The notes beneath the pieces were generated by a model. That model saw nothing but the letters and a program-made list of their open reading frames with translations, was not told where the DNA came from and did no database searches. Source: Macrostomum lignano (lineage: Eukaryota). Taken from it: DNA of 64,000 nt. The stretch spans positions 352,336-416,335 of the forward strand of contig NIVC01000894.1 of assembly GCA_002269645.1 (NCBI GenBank), given 5' to 3'. Made by a program: the position numbers and the translations under genes. How positions within the stretch are numbered: position 1 is the first letter of the stretch; each line of letters opens with the position of its first letter. Below are positions 1 through 12,910 of the stretch, piece by piece.

Positions 1-80
1 ACATGACGCTTCTATGATTGTTTACATGACGCTTCTATGATTGTTTACATGACGCTTGTATGATTGTTTACATGACGCTT
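1..80. repeat. 23-bp minisatellite (ACATGACGCTTCTATGATTGTTT), array truncated by window edge
   Basis: About 3.5 units, identical to the family-1 Helitron internal array. Confidence 0.9.
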
Positions 81-231
81 CCATAATTTTTTTTGTCTTG
101 GCGTTAAAAGGCTTTAATTAAAAAACTCTACTCTCTAAAAATTCGAACCATCGTCCCTGCATTTAGCAGTTTAGTCTGTTTACCTCTAGGCTAGCTCTCA
201 TGAATTTTAGTCATTACCCCTAAATAGAAAA

Positions 232-440
232 TATTCCCAAGACAGCAAGCATCCCCCCAGTAGCAAGCATCCCCTAATACTCCTAGCAAGCATCCACCCA
301 GATAGCAAGCATCTGCAGATAGCAAGCATCTTGCAGATAGCAAGCATCTTGCAGATAGCAAGCATACCCCAAATAATGTAGAAGCATCCTTCCAGATAGC
401 AAGCATCCTGCACATAGCAAGAATCCCTAAATAGCAAGCA
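232..440. repeat. Degenerate ~18-bp tandem repeat (CAGATAGCAAGCATCTTG)
   Basis: Recurring TAGCAAGCATC core about every 18-20 bp. Confidence 0.75.
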
Positions 441-487
441 TCCCTGGATAGAAATAATCCTATACATGTAGCCAAGCTTATCAAGCG

Positions 488-3400
488 CAGTAATCCTTGG
501 CTATCGAGTGCAGTAATCCTTGGTTTATTAATAGCAACAATCCATGGCTTATCGAGTGCAGTAATCCTTGGTTTATTAATAGCAATAATCCTTGGCTTAT
601 CGAGTGCAGTAATTCATGGTTTATTAATAGCAATAATCCTTGGCTTATCGAGTGCAGTAATCCTTGGTTTATTAATAGCAATAATCCATGCCTTATCGAG
701 TGCAGTAATCCTTGGTTTATTAATAGCAATAATCCTTGGCTTATCGAGTGCAGTAATCCTTGGTTTATTAATAGCAATAATCCATGGCTTATCGAGTGCA
801 GTAATCCTTGGTTTGCCAAGAGCAATAGTCCTTGGCTTATCGAGTGCAGTAATCCTTGGTTTGCCAAGAGCAATAGTCCTTGGTTTATTGAGTGCAGTAA
901 TCCTTGGTTTATTAATAGCAATAGTCCTTGGTTTATTGAGTGCAGTAATCCTTGGTTTATTAATAGCAATAATCCTTGGCTTATCGAGTGCAGTAATCCT
1001 TGGTTTGCCAAGTGCATAATCCTTGGTTTATCGAGTGCAGTAATCCTTGGTTTATTAATAGCAATAATCCTTGGCTTATCGAGTGCAGTAATCCTTGGTT
1101 TATTAATAGCAATAATCCATGGCTTATCGAGTGCAGTAATCCTTGGTTTGCCAAGAGCAATAGTCCTTGGCTTATCGAGTGCAGTAATCCTTGGTTTGCC
1201 AAGAGCAATAGTCCTTGGTTTATTGAGTGCAGTAATCCTTGGTTTGCCAAGAGCAATAGTCCTTGGTTTATTGAGTGCAGTAATCCTTGGTTTATTAATA
1301 GCAATAGTCCTTGGTTTATTGAGTGCAGTAATCCTTGGTTTATTAATAGCAATAATCCTTGGCTTATCGAGTGCAGTAATCCTTGGTTTGCCAAGTGCAT
1401 AATCCTTGGTTTATCGAGTGCAGTAATCCTTGGTTTATTAATAGCAATAATCCTTGGCTTATCGAGTGCAGTAATCCTTGGTTTATTAATAGCAATAATC
1501 CATGGCTTATCGAGTGCAGTAATCCTTGGTTTATTAATAGCAATAATCCTTGGCTTATCGAGTGCAGTAATCCTTGGTTTGCCAAGTGCATAATCCTTGG
1601 TTTATTAATAGCAATAATCCTTGGTTTATCGAGTGCAGTAATCCTTGGTTTATTAATAGCAATAATCCTTGGCTTATCGAGTGCAGTAATCCTTGGTTTA
1701 TTAATAGCAATAATCCATGGCTTATCGAGTGCAGTAATCCTTGGTTTGCCAAGAGCAATAGTCCTTGGCTTATCGAGTTCAGTAATCCTTGGTTTGCCAA
1801 GAGCAATAGTCCTTGGTTTATTGAGTGCAGTAATCCTTGGTTTGCCAAGAGCAATAGTCCTTGGTTTATTGAGTGCAGTAATCCTTGGTTTATTAATAGC
1901 AATAGTCCTTGGTTTATTGAGTGCAGTAATCCTTGGTTTATTAATAGCAATAATCCTTGGCTTATCGAGTGCAGTAATCCTTGGTTTGCCAAGTGCATAA
2001 TCCTTGGTTTATCGAGTGCAGTAATCCTTGGTTTATTAATAGCAATAATCCTTGGCTTATCGAGTGCAGTAATCCTTGGTTTATTAATAGCAATAATCCA
2101 TGGCTTATCGAGTGCAGTAATCCTTGGTTTATTAATAGCAATAATCCTTGGCTTATCGAGTGCAGTAATCCTTGGTTTGCCAAGTGCATAATCCTTGGTT
2201 TATTAATAGCAATAATCCTTGGTTTATCGAGTGCAGTAATCCTTGGTTTATTAATAGCAATAATCCTTGGCTTATCGAGTGCAGTAATCCTTGGTTTATT
2301 AATAGCAATAATCCATGGCTTATCGAGTGCAGTAATCCTTGGTTTGCCAAGAGCAATAGTCCTTGGCTTATCGAGTGCAGTAATCCTTGGTTTGCCAAGA
2401 GCAATAGTCCTTGGTTTATTGAGTGCAGTAATCCTTGGTTTATTAATAGCAATAGTCCTTGGTTTATTGAGTGCAGTAATCCTTGGTTTATTAATAGCAA
2501 TAATCCTTGGCTTATCGAGTGCAGTAATCCTTGGTTTGCCAAGTGCATAATCCTTGGTTTATCGAGTGCAGTAATCCTTGGTTTATTAATAGCAATAATC
2601 CTTGGCTTATCGAGTGCAGTAATCCTTGGTTTATTAATAGCAATAATCCATGGCTTATCGAGTGCAGTAATCCTTGGTTTGCCAAGAGCAATAGTCCTTG
2701 GCTTATCGAGTGCAGTAATCCTTGGTTTGCCAAGAGCAATAGTCCTTGGTTTATTGAGTGCAGTAATCCTTGGTTTGCCAAGAGCAATAGTCCTTGGTTT
2801 ATTGAGTGCAGTAATCCTTGGTTTATTAATAGCAATAGTCCTTGGTTTATTGAGTGCAGTAATCCTTGGTTTATTAATAGCAATAATCCTTGGCTTATCG
2901 AGTGCAGTAATCCTTGGTTTGCCAAGTGCATAATCCTTGGTTTATCGAGTGCAGTAATCCTTGGTTTATTAATAGCAATAATCCTTGGCTTATCGAGTGC
3001 AGTAATCCTTGGTTTATTAATAGCAATAATCCATGGCTTATCGAGTGCAGTAATCCTTGGTTTGCCAAGAGCAATAGTCCTTGGCTTATCGAGTGCAGTA
3101 ATCCTTGGTTTGCCAAGAGCAATAGTCCTTGGTTTATTGAGTGCAGTAATCCTTGGTTTATTAATAGCAATAGTCCTTGGTTTATTGAGTGCAGTAATCC
3201 TTGGTTTATTAATAGCAATAATCCTTGGCTTATCGAGTGCAGTAATCCTTGGTTTGCCAAGTGCATAATCCTTGGTTTATTAATAGCAATAATCCTTGGT
3301 TTATCGAGTGCAGTAATCCTTGGTTTATTAATAGCAATAATCCTTGGCTTATCGAGTGCAGTAATCCTTGGTTTATTAATAGCAATAATCCATGGCTTAT

Positions 3401-6236
3401 CGAGTGCAGTAATCCTTGGTTTATTAATAGCAATAATCCTTGGCTTATCGAGTGCAGTAATCCTTGGTTTGCCAAGTGCATAATCCTTGGTTTATTAATA
3501 GCAATAATCCTTGGTTTATCGAGTGCAGTAATCCTTGGTTTATTAATAGCAATAATCCTTGGCTTATCGAGTGCAGTAATCCTTGGTTTATTAATAGCAA
3601 TAATCCATGGCTTATCGAGTGCAGTAATCCTTGGTTTGCCAAGAGCAATAGTCCTTGGCTTATCGAGTGCAGTAATCCTTGGTTTGCCAAGAGCAATAGT
3701 CCTTGGTTTATTGAGTGCAGTAATCCTTGGTTTATTAATAGCAATAGTCCTTGGTTTATTGAGTGCAGTAATCCTTGGTTTATTAATAGCAATAATCCTT
3801 GGCTTATCGAGTGCAGTAATCCTTGGTTTGCCAAGTGCATAATCCTTGGTTTATTGAGTGCAGTAATCCTTGGTTTATTAATAGCAATAATCCTTGGCTT
3901 ATCGAGTGCAGTAATCCTTCGTTTATTAATAGCAATAATCCATGGCTTATCGAGTGCAGTAATCCTTGGTTTGCCAAGAGCAATAGTCCTTGGTTTATTG
4001 AGTGCAGTAATCCTTGGTTTGCCAAGAGCAATAGTCCTTGGTTTATTGAGTGCAGTAATCCTTGGTTTATTAATAGCAATAGTCCTTGGTTTATTGAGTG
4101 CAGTAATCCTTGGTTTATTAATAGCAATAATCCTTGGCTTATCGAGTGCAGTAATCCTTGGTTTGCCAAGTGCATAATCCTTGGTTTATTAATAGCAATA
4201 ATCCTTGGCTTATCGAGTGCAGTAATCCTTGGTTTATTAATAGCAATAATCCTTGGTTTATCGAGTGCAGTAATCCTTGGTTTATTAATAGCAATAATCC
4301 TTGGCTTATCGAGTGCAGTAATCCTTGGTTTATTAATAGCAATAATCCATGCCTTATCGAGTGCAGTAATCCTTGGTTTATTAATAGCAATAATCCTTGG
4401 CTTATCGAGTGCAGTAATCCTTGGTTTATTAATAGCAATAATCCATGGCTTATGAGTGCAGTAATCCTTGGTTTATTAATAGCAATAATCCTTGGCTTAT
4501 CGAGTGCAGTAATCCTTGGTTTATTAATAGCAATAATCCATGGCTTATCGAGTGCAGTAATCCTTGGTTTGCCAAGAGCAATAATCCTTGGCTTATCGAG
4601 TGCAGTATTCCTTGGTTTGCCAAGTGCATAATCCTTGGTTTATTAATAGCAATAATCCTTGGTTTATCGAGTGCAGTAATCCTTAGTTTATTAATAGCAA
4701 TAATCCTTGGCTTATCGAGTGCAGTAATCCTTGATTTATTAATAGCAATAATCCATGGCTTATCGAGTGCAGTAATCCTTGGTTGCCAAGAGCAATAGTC
4801 CTTGGCTTATCGAGTGCAGTAATCCTTGGTTTGCCAAGAGCAATAGTCCTTGGTTTATTGAGTGCAGTAATCCTTGGTTTATTAATAGCAATAATCCTTG
4901 GTTTATCGAGTGCAGTAATCCTTGGTTTATTAATAGCAATAATCCTTGGCTTATCGAGTGCAGTAATCCTTGGTTTATTAATAGCAATAATCCATGGCTT
5001 ATGAGTGCAGTAATCCTTGGTTTATTAATAGCAATAATCCTTGGCTTATCGAGTGCAGTAATCCTTGGTTTATTAATAGCAATAATCCATGGCTTATCGA
5101 GTGCAGTAATCCTTGGTTTGCCAAGAGCAATAATCCTTGGCTTATCGAGTGCAGTAATCCTTGGTTTATTAATAGCAATAGTCTTTGGTTTATTGAGTGC
5201 AGTAATCCTTGGTTTATTAATAGCAATAATCCTTGGCTTATCGAGTGCAGTAATCCTTGGTTTGCCAAGTGCATAATCCTTGGTTTATCGAGTGCAGTAA
5301 TCCTTGGTTTATTAATAGCAATAATCCTTGGCTTATCGAGTGCAGTAATCCTTGGTTTATTAATAGCAATAATCTATGGCTTATCGAGTGCAGTAATCCT
5401 TGGTTTGCCAAGAGCAATAGTCCTTGGTTTATTGAGTGCAGTAATCCTTGGTTTGCCAAGAGCAATAGTCCTTGGTTTATTGAGTGCAGTAATCCTTGGT
5501 TTATTAATAGCAATAGTCCTTGGTTTATTGAGTGCAGTAATCCTTGGTTTATTAATAGCAATAATCCTTGGCTTATCGAGTGCAGTAATCCTTGGTTTGC
5601 CAAGTGCATAATCCTTGGTTTATTAATAGCAATAATCCTTGGCTTATCGAGTGCAGTAATCCTTGGTTTATTAATAGCAATAATCCTTGGTTTATCGAGT
5701 GCAGTAATCCTTGGTTTATTAATAGCAATAATCCTTGGCTTATCGAGTGCAGTAATCCTTGGTTTAATCATAGCAATAATCCATGCCTTATCGAGTGCAG
5801 TAATCCTTGGTTTATTAATAGCAATAATCCTTGGCTTATCGAGTGCAGTAATCCTTGGTTTATTAATAGCAATAATCCATGGCTTATGAGTGCAGTAATC
5901 CTTGGTTTATTAATAGCAATAATCCTTGGCTTATCGAGTGCAGTAATCCTTGGTTTATTAATAGCAATAATCCATGGCTTATCGAGTGCAGTAATCCTTG
6001 GTTTGCCAAGAGCAATAATCCTTGGCTTATCGAGTGCAGTAATCCTTGGTTTATTAATAGCAATAATCCATGGCTTATCGAGTGCAGTAATCCTTGGTTT
6101 GCCAAGAGCAATAATCCTTGGCTTATCGAGTGCAGTAATCCTTGGTTTGCCAAGAGCAATAATCCTTGGCTTATCGAGTGCAGTATTCCTTGGTTTGCCA
6201 AGAGCAATAATCCTTAGCTTATCGAGTGCAGTAATC
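488..6236. repeat. 24-bp satellite (~240 monomers) with higher-order structure
   Basis: Monomers CAGTAATCCTTGGTTTATTAATAG, CAATAATCCTTGGCTTATCGAGTG, CAGTAATCCTTGGTTTGCCAAGAG and CAATAGTCCTTGGTTTATTGAGTG, plus a recurring 23-bp variant. Confidence 0.97.
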
Positions 6237-7130
6237 TAAGTGTTTTTATTTAGTCCTTTAAAATAAAAGCTTTTAATAAAAAATTTTACACTACTACTTT
6301 TAAACTACTTAGATTCGAACCAAGGTCGCTGCATTGGCAGTCTGGTCTGCTCAGCTCTAGGCTAGCTCTCATCGAAGTTATCAGTGAATTTGTACCACTT
6401 ATATAATTCAACACTCACACCAAGTCAGGTAGAGTAAAAAGTCACGCGAAGCAGTTATGACATAATCAATTTCTTAGGCAAGTCAGTACCAGTGTCTATG
6501 AAAGTTAACAATATGGTTACGTAATATAAATTCAGTACTGCACTATACTTTCACCCTCAAAGCTGTGACGCAATTCAATTGAGTGTCAAATTCAGCCAGT
6601 ACACAGACGATAAATAAAGTGTATTGTGATGCAATCTATTTCAGAATCAGAATTCAACCAGTCAGTTTTTCTGCTAGCATTCTTACAGTGCGTTTCAAGT
6701 CGAAATAGCTGCTTGACCTTTGCAAAAAAGCATGTTTTTCGAATATTTAATCCCTTTAAAATTGAGCAATTTCTTAGCCAAGATGCATGTACCGTCCCGG
6801 GAAAATTTCTGATCGAATGGTGCAAGTTTGAAGAAAATCGGTTGAGCCGTTCGGAGAAAATCAATTACAAGCAAGCAACCAAGCATTTCATTTTTAGTAT
6901 ATTAGACTAGCAATCTACGCCCCCCGTTGGGGAGCCAAAGAAATGCAATACACGTTTTTTTAATAAACTACATGTATCCTTGAAATCTTAAAAAATCTCC
7001 TGTCAAACCTTGTAAGCCTTGACATGTCAGTAATTCCCCCCCCACAAGCTTTAACATATCAACTTCCCCCCTTGACATCTCAGCAATGCCCCAAATAAGC
7101 CTTGGAAATCTAAAAATATCTGTCAACCTT

Positions 7131-7192
7131 CTAACCCTAACCCTAGCCTAACCCTAACCCTAACCCTAACCCTAACCCTAACCTAACCCTAA
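7131..7192. repeat. Interstitial telomeric-type repeat (CCCTAA)n inside Helitron copy a
   Basis: About 10 CCCTAA units with minor variants; same tract at 10213-10274 and 22294-22355. Confidence 0.92.
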
Positions 7193-8019
7193 AGCATTGA
7201 AATTTCAGTAATTCTCTCTAAGAGTCATTATAGCACTACTACAGCATTATAGCGATTCCCTGCAAGCCTCGACATCGTAGAGATTCCCAAATGAATCTCT
7301 TAACTTCGACATGAAGCTTATTTTATTTTTTACATTACGCTTTTTTATCAGCGATCCCTCCCCAGAGGAGGCATCAAATAATGTAATAAAAAGTTTTCAA
7401 TAAACTACATGTAGCTTCTGACTTTAGCCTTGAAATCTCATTTATACCCCGTGAACCTTGACATCTCAGATATTCCCCCCGTAAGTCTTAACATGTCAGC
7501 GATGGCCCCATAAACCTTGAAATCTAAAAAATACCCTGTTATTCTGTTAACCTTGAAATCCGATAAAATATAACCCTCAACCCACACCTGACCTAAACCT
7601 AACTTTAACCCAACCTAAAGCCTTGAAATCTCAGCAATTCTTCTCCCCTAAGCCTTGACATTTTAGTGATTCCTTCTTTAAGAATCACAGCACTATAACG
7701 ATTTCCACCAAGCTTTGACATCGTAGCAATTCCCAAATGAATCTTTTAACTTCGACATGACTTTTCTTTTATGTATACGTAGTGCTACTTTTATTTTTTA
7801 CATGACTCTTCTTCTATCAGCGCCCCCCCGTGGCGAGCCAACAAATAATGCAATAAAAAAATTGAGTAAAGTACATGAACTTTGAAGTAGCTTCTGACTT
7901 TTGCTTTGACATCTCAGAACCCCCCCCCGTAATCTCAGTTATTCTCTGAGAGCCTTTACGTCTCAGTTTTTCCTCCCCAGCACAGCATTATAGCTGCATT
8001 TAATTTTTACATGACACCC

Positions 8020-9378
8020 TTCATGTCTGACATGACGCTTCTTTTATTCTACCATGATGCTTCTTAATTTTTTAAATGACACTTTCATTAGTTTTTAAAT
8101 GAGGCTCCTATGATTTTTTCATGACGCTTCTAAGATTTTTACATGACACTTCTATGATTTTTTATATGACGCTTCTATGATTGTTTATATGACGCTTCTA
8201 TGCTTTTTACATGACGCTTCTATGATTTTTTTACATAACGCTTCCATGATTGTTTACATGACGCTTCTATGATTGTTTACATGACGCTTCTATGATTGTT
8301 TACATGACGCTTCTATGATTTTTTACATGACGCTTCTATGATTATTTCATGACGCTTCTACGATTTCTGCAGGACGCTTCGATGATTTTTACATGACGCT
8401 TTTATGATTTTTACATGACGCTTCTATGATTGTTTACATGACGCTTCTATGATTGTTTATACGACGCTTCTATGATTTTTACATGACGCTTCTATGCTTT
8501 TTACATGACGCTTCTATGATTGTTTACATGACGCTTCTATGATTGTTTCATGACGCTTCTATGATTGTTTACATGACGCTTCTATGATTGTTTACATGAC
8601 GCTTCTATGATTGTTTACATGACGCTTCTATGATTGTTTATACGACGCTTCTATGATTTTTACATGACGCTTCTATGCTTTTTACATGACGCTTCTATGA
8701 TTTTTTACATGACGCTTCTATGATTGTTTCATGACGCTTCTATGATTGTTTACATGACGCTTCTATGATTTTTTACATGACGCTTCTATGATTGTTTACA
8801 TGACGCTTCTATGATTGTTTATACGACGCTTCTATGATTTTTACATGACGCTTCTATGCTTTTTACATGACGCTTCTATGATTTTTTACATGACGCTTCT
8901 ATGATTGTTTCATGACGCTTCTATGATTTTTTACATGGCGCTTCTATGATTGTTTACATGACGCTTCTATGATTTTTTACATGACGCTTCTATGATTGTT
9001 TACATGACGCTTCTATGATTGCTTAAATGACGCTTCTATGATTGTTTACATGACGCTTCTATGATTTTTTACATGACGCTTCTATGATTGTTTACATGAC
9101 GCTTCTATGATTGTTTACATGACGCTTCTATGATTTTTATATGACGCTTCTATGATTGTTTACATGACGCTTCTATGATTGTTTACATGACGCTTCTATG
9201 ATTGTTTACATGACGCTTCTATGATTGTTTACATGACGCTTCTATGATTGTTTACATGACGCTTCTATGATTGTTTACATGACGCTTCTATGATTTTTTA
9301 CATGACGCTTCTATGATTGTTTACATGACGCTTCTATGATTTTTTACATGACGCTTCTATGATTTTTACATGACGATT
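8020..9378. repeat. 23-bp minisatellite inside Helitron copy a
   Basis: About 58 units of ACATGACGCTTCTATGATT(G/T)TTT. Confidence 0.95.
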
Positions 9379-10212
9379 CTTTTTAAAAAGTCTTTTAGTT
9401 TTCCTGACGTTGAAAAGCTTTAATTAAAAAATTATACTCTATGAAAATTCGAACCATCGTCGCTGCATTTAACAGTTCAGTTTGTTCACCTCTAGGCTAG
9501 CTCTCATCGTTTTGATAACATCAAATTTTGCACTTATATAATTCAACACTTTAAAATCCAAGCATAGAGTAAATCACACGAAGCAGTTATGACATAATCA
9601 GTTTCTCAGTCAGTCAGTATCAGTTAACAATATGGTTACGCAATCTAAATCAAGTCTGGTGCTACGCTTCCACACTGCATTTTCAATTCAAGTCGGAGTT
9701 ACAATTCAGTTATGATGCAATCTATTTCAGAATCAGAATTCAACCAGTCAGTTTTTTCTCTAGCATTCTTACAATGCATTTCAAGTCGAAAAGTTTGCTT
9801 GACCTTTGCAAAAAAGCATGTTTTTCGAATATTTAATGCCTTTAGCATCAAGAAATTTCTTAGCCACGATGCATGTACAGTCACGGGAAAATTTCTGATC
9901 GAACAGTGCAAGTTCGAACAAAATCGGTACAGCCATTTTTTCTCTAATCGATCACATAGACACAGACAGACCATTTTTAGTATATAGGATAGCAATCTAC
10001 GCCCCCCGTTGGGGAGCCAAAGAAATGCAATACACGTTTTTTTAATAAACTACATGTATCCTTGAAATCTTGAAAAATCTCCTGTCAAACCTTGTAAGCC
10101 TTGAAATGTCAGTAATTCCCCCCCCACAAGCTTTAACATATCAACTTCCCCCCTTGACATCTCAGCAATGCCCCAAATAAGCCTTGGAAATCTAAAAATA
10201 TCTGTCAACCTT

Positions 10213-10274
10213 CTAACCCTAACCCTAGCCTAACCCTAACCCTAACCCTAACCCTAACCCTAACCTAACCCTAA
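10213..10274. repeat. (CCCTAA)n tract inside Helitron copy b
   Basis: Direct reading. Confidence 0.92.
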
Positions 10275-11099
10275 AGCATTGAAATTTCAGTAATTCTCTC
10301 TAAGAGTCATTATAGCACTACTACAGCATTATAGCGATTCCCTGCAAGCCTCGACATCGTAGAGATTCCCAAATGAATCTCTTAACTTCGACATGAAGCT
10401 TATTTTATTTTTTACATTACGCTTTTTTTATCAGCGATCCCTCCCCAGAGGAGGCATCAAATAATGTAATAAAAAGTTTTCAATAAACTACATGTAGCTT
10501 CTGACTTTAGCCTTGAAATCTCATTTATACCCCGTGAACCTTGACATCTCAGATATTCCCCCGTAAGTCTTAACATGTCAGCGATGGCCCCCATAAACCT
10601 TGAAATCTAAAAAATACCCTGTTATTCTGTTAACCTTGAAATCCGATAAAATATAACCCTCAACCCACACCTGACCTAAACCTAACTTTAACCCAACCTA
10701 AAGCCTTGAAATCTCAGCAATTCTTCTCCCCTAAGCCTTGACATTTTAGTGATTCCTTCTTTAAGAATCACAGCACTATAACGATTTCCACCAAGCTTTG
10801 ACATCGTAGCAATTCCCAAATGAATCTTTTAACTTCGACATGACTTTTCTTTTATGTATACGTAGTGCTACTTTTATTTTTTACATGACTCTTCTTCTAT
10901 CAGCGCCCCCCCACGTGGCGAGCCAACAAATAATGCAATAAAAAATTGAGTAAAGTACATGAACTTTGAAGTAGCTTCTGACTTTTGCTTTGACATCTCA
11001 GAACCCCCCCCGTAATCTCAGTTATTCTCTGAGAGCCTTTACGTCTCAGTTTTTCTCCCCAGCACAGCATTATAGCTGCATTTAATTTTTACATGACAC

Positions 11100-12299
11100 C
11101 CTTCATGTCTGACAAGACGCTTCTTTTATTCTACCATGATGCTTCTTAATTTTTTAAATGACACTTTCATTAGTTTTTAAATGAGGCTCCTATGATTTTT
11201 TCATGACGCTTCTATGATTTTTACATGACACTTCTATGATTTTTTATATGACGCTTCTATGATTGTTTATATGACGCTTCTATGCTTTTTACATGACGCT
11301 TCTATGATTTTTTTACATAACGCTTCCATGATTGTTTACATGACGCTTCTATGATTGTTTACATGACGCTTCTATGATTGTTTACATGACGCTTCTATGA
11401 TTTTTTACATGACGCTTCTATGATTATTTCATGACGCTTCTACGATTTCTGCAGGACGCTTCGATGATTTTTACATGACGCTTTTATGATTTTTACATGA
11501 CGCTTCTATGATTGTTTACATGACGCTTCTATGATTGTTTATACGACGCTTCTATGATTTTTACATGACGCTTCTATGCTTTTTACATGACGCTTCTATG
11601 ATTGTTTACATGACGCTTCTATGATTGTTTCATGACGCTTCTATGATTGTTTACATGACGCTTCTATGATTGTTTACATGACGCTTCTATGATTGTTTAC
11701 ATGACGCTTCTATGATTGTTTATACGACGCTTCTATGATTTTTACATGACGCTTCTATGCTTTTTACATGACGCTTCTATGATTTTTACATGACGCTTCT
11801 ATGATTGTTTCATGACGCTTCTATGATTGTTTACATGACGCTTCTATGATTTTTTACATGACGCTTCTATGATTGTTTACATGACGCTTCTATGATTGTT
11901 TATACGACGCTTCTATGATTTTTACATGACGCTTCTATGCTTTTTACATGACGCTTCTATGATTTTTTACATGACGCTTCTATGATTGTTTCATGACGCT
12001 TCTATGATTTTTTACATGGCGCTTCTATGATTGTTTACATGACGCTTCTATGATTTTTTACATGACGCTTCTATGATTGTTTACATGACGCTTCTATGAT
12101 TGTTTAAATGACGCTTCTATGATTGTTTACATGACGCTTCTATGATTGTTTACATGACGCTTCTATGATTGTTTAAATGACGCTTCTATGATTGTTTACA
12201 TGACGCTTCTATGATTGTTTACATGACGCTTCTATGATTGTTTACATGACGCTTCTATGATTGTTTACATGACGCTTCTATGATTTTTACATGACGATT
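11100..12299. repeat. 23-bp minisatellite inside Helitron copy b
   Basis: About 52 units. Confidence 0.95.
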
Positions 12300-12910
12300 C
12301 TTTTTAAAAAGTCTTTTAGTTTTCCTGACGTTGAAAAGCTTTAATTAAAAAATTATACTCTATGAAAATTCGAACCATCGTCGCTGCATTTAACAGTTCA
12401 GTTTGTTCACCTCTAGGCTAGCTCTCATCGTTTTGATAACATCAAATTTTGCACTTATATAATTCAACACTTTAAAATCCAAGCATAGAGTAAATCACAC
12501 GAAGCAGTTATGACATAATCAGTTTCTCAGTCAGTCAGTATCAGTTAACAATATGGTTACGCAATCTAAATCAAGTCTGGTGCTACGCTTCCACACTGCA
12601 TTTTCAATTCAAGTCGGAGTTACAATTCAGTTATGATGCAATCTATTTCAGAATCAGAATTCAACCAGTCAGTTTTTTCTCTAGCATTCTTACAATGCAT
12701 TTCAAGTCGAAAAGTTTGCTTGACCTTTGCAAAAAAGCATGTTTTTCGAATATTTAATGCCTTTAGCATCAAGAAATTTCTTAGCCACGATGCATGTACA
12801 GTCACGGGAAAATTTCTGATCGAACAGTGCAAGTTCGAACAAAATCGGTACAGCCATTTTTTCTCTAATCGATCACATAGACACAGACAGACCATTTTTA
12901 GTATATAGGA

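Larger units (their letters stand above)
1..6906 (-). mobile_element. Chimeric non-autonomous Helitron-like element (subfamily 1b 5' end; 3' end lies left of the window)
   Basis: Minus strand starts TCTAATATACTAAAAATG at 6906. 6240-6906 is homologous to the 5' ~600 bp of family-1 elements. It is followed by a 24-bp satellite, an 18-bp degenerate array, then a family-1-like segment (81-200) and the 23-bp array running off the window. Confidence 0.6.
6907..9989 (-). mobile_element. Non-autonomous Helitron family 1, copy a
   Basis: Minus strand: 5' TCCTATATACTAAAAATGG at 9989. 3' hairpin (plus 6919-6935 GCCCCCCGTTGGGGAGC), then 8 nt, then CTAG (6907-6910). Termini match the solo copy at 22067-26661. 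Confidence 0.88.
9990..12910 (-). mobile_element. Non-autonomous Helitron family 1, copy b (near-identical tandem copy of copy a)
   Basis: 5' TCC end at 12910. 3' end reads TAG on plus (the C of CTAG is absent) at 9990. Shares rare array variants with copy a, e.g. GATTTCTGCAGGACG. Confidence 0.88.

Noticed and set aside
488-6236. CRISPR-like appearance of repeat arrays here and elsewhere in the window
   Set aside because: Monomers are contiguous with no unique spacers, there are no cas genes, and the context is intron-containing eukaryotic DNA.
191-6239. Dozens of overlapping ORFs of 70-300 aa
   Set aside because: They are translations of the 18-bp and 24-bp tandem repeats (unit divisible by 3). 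No domain and no splice context.
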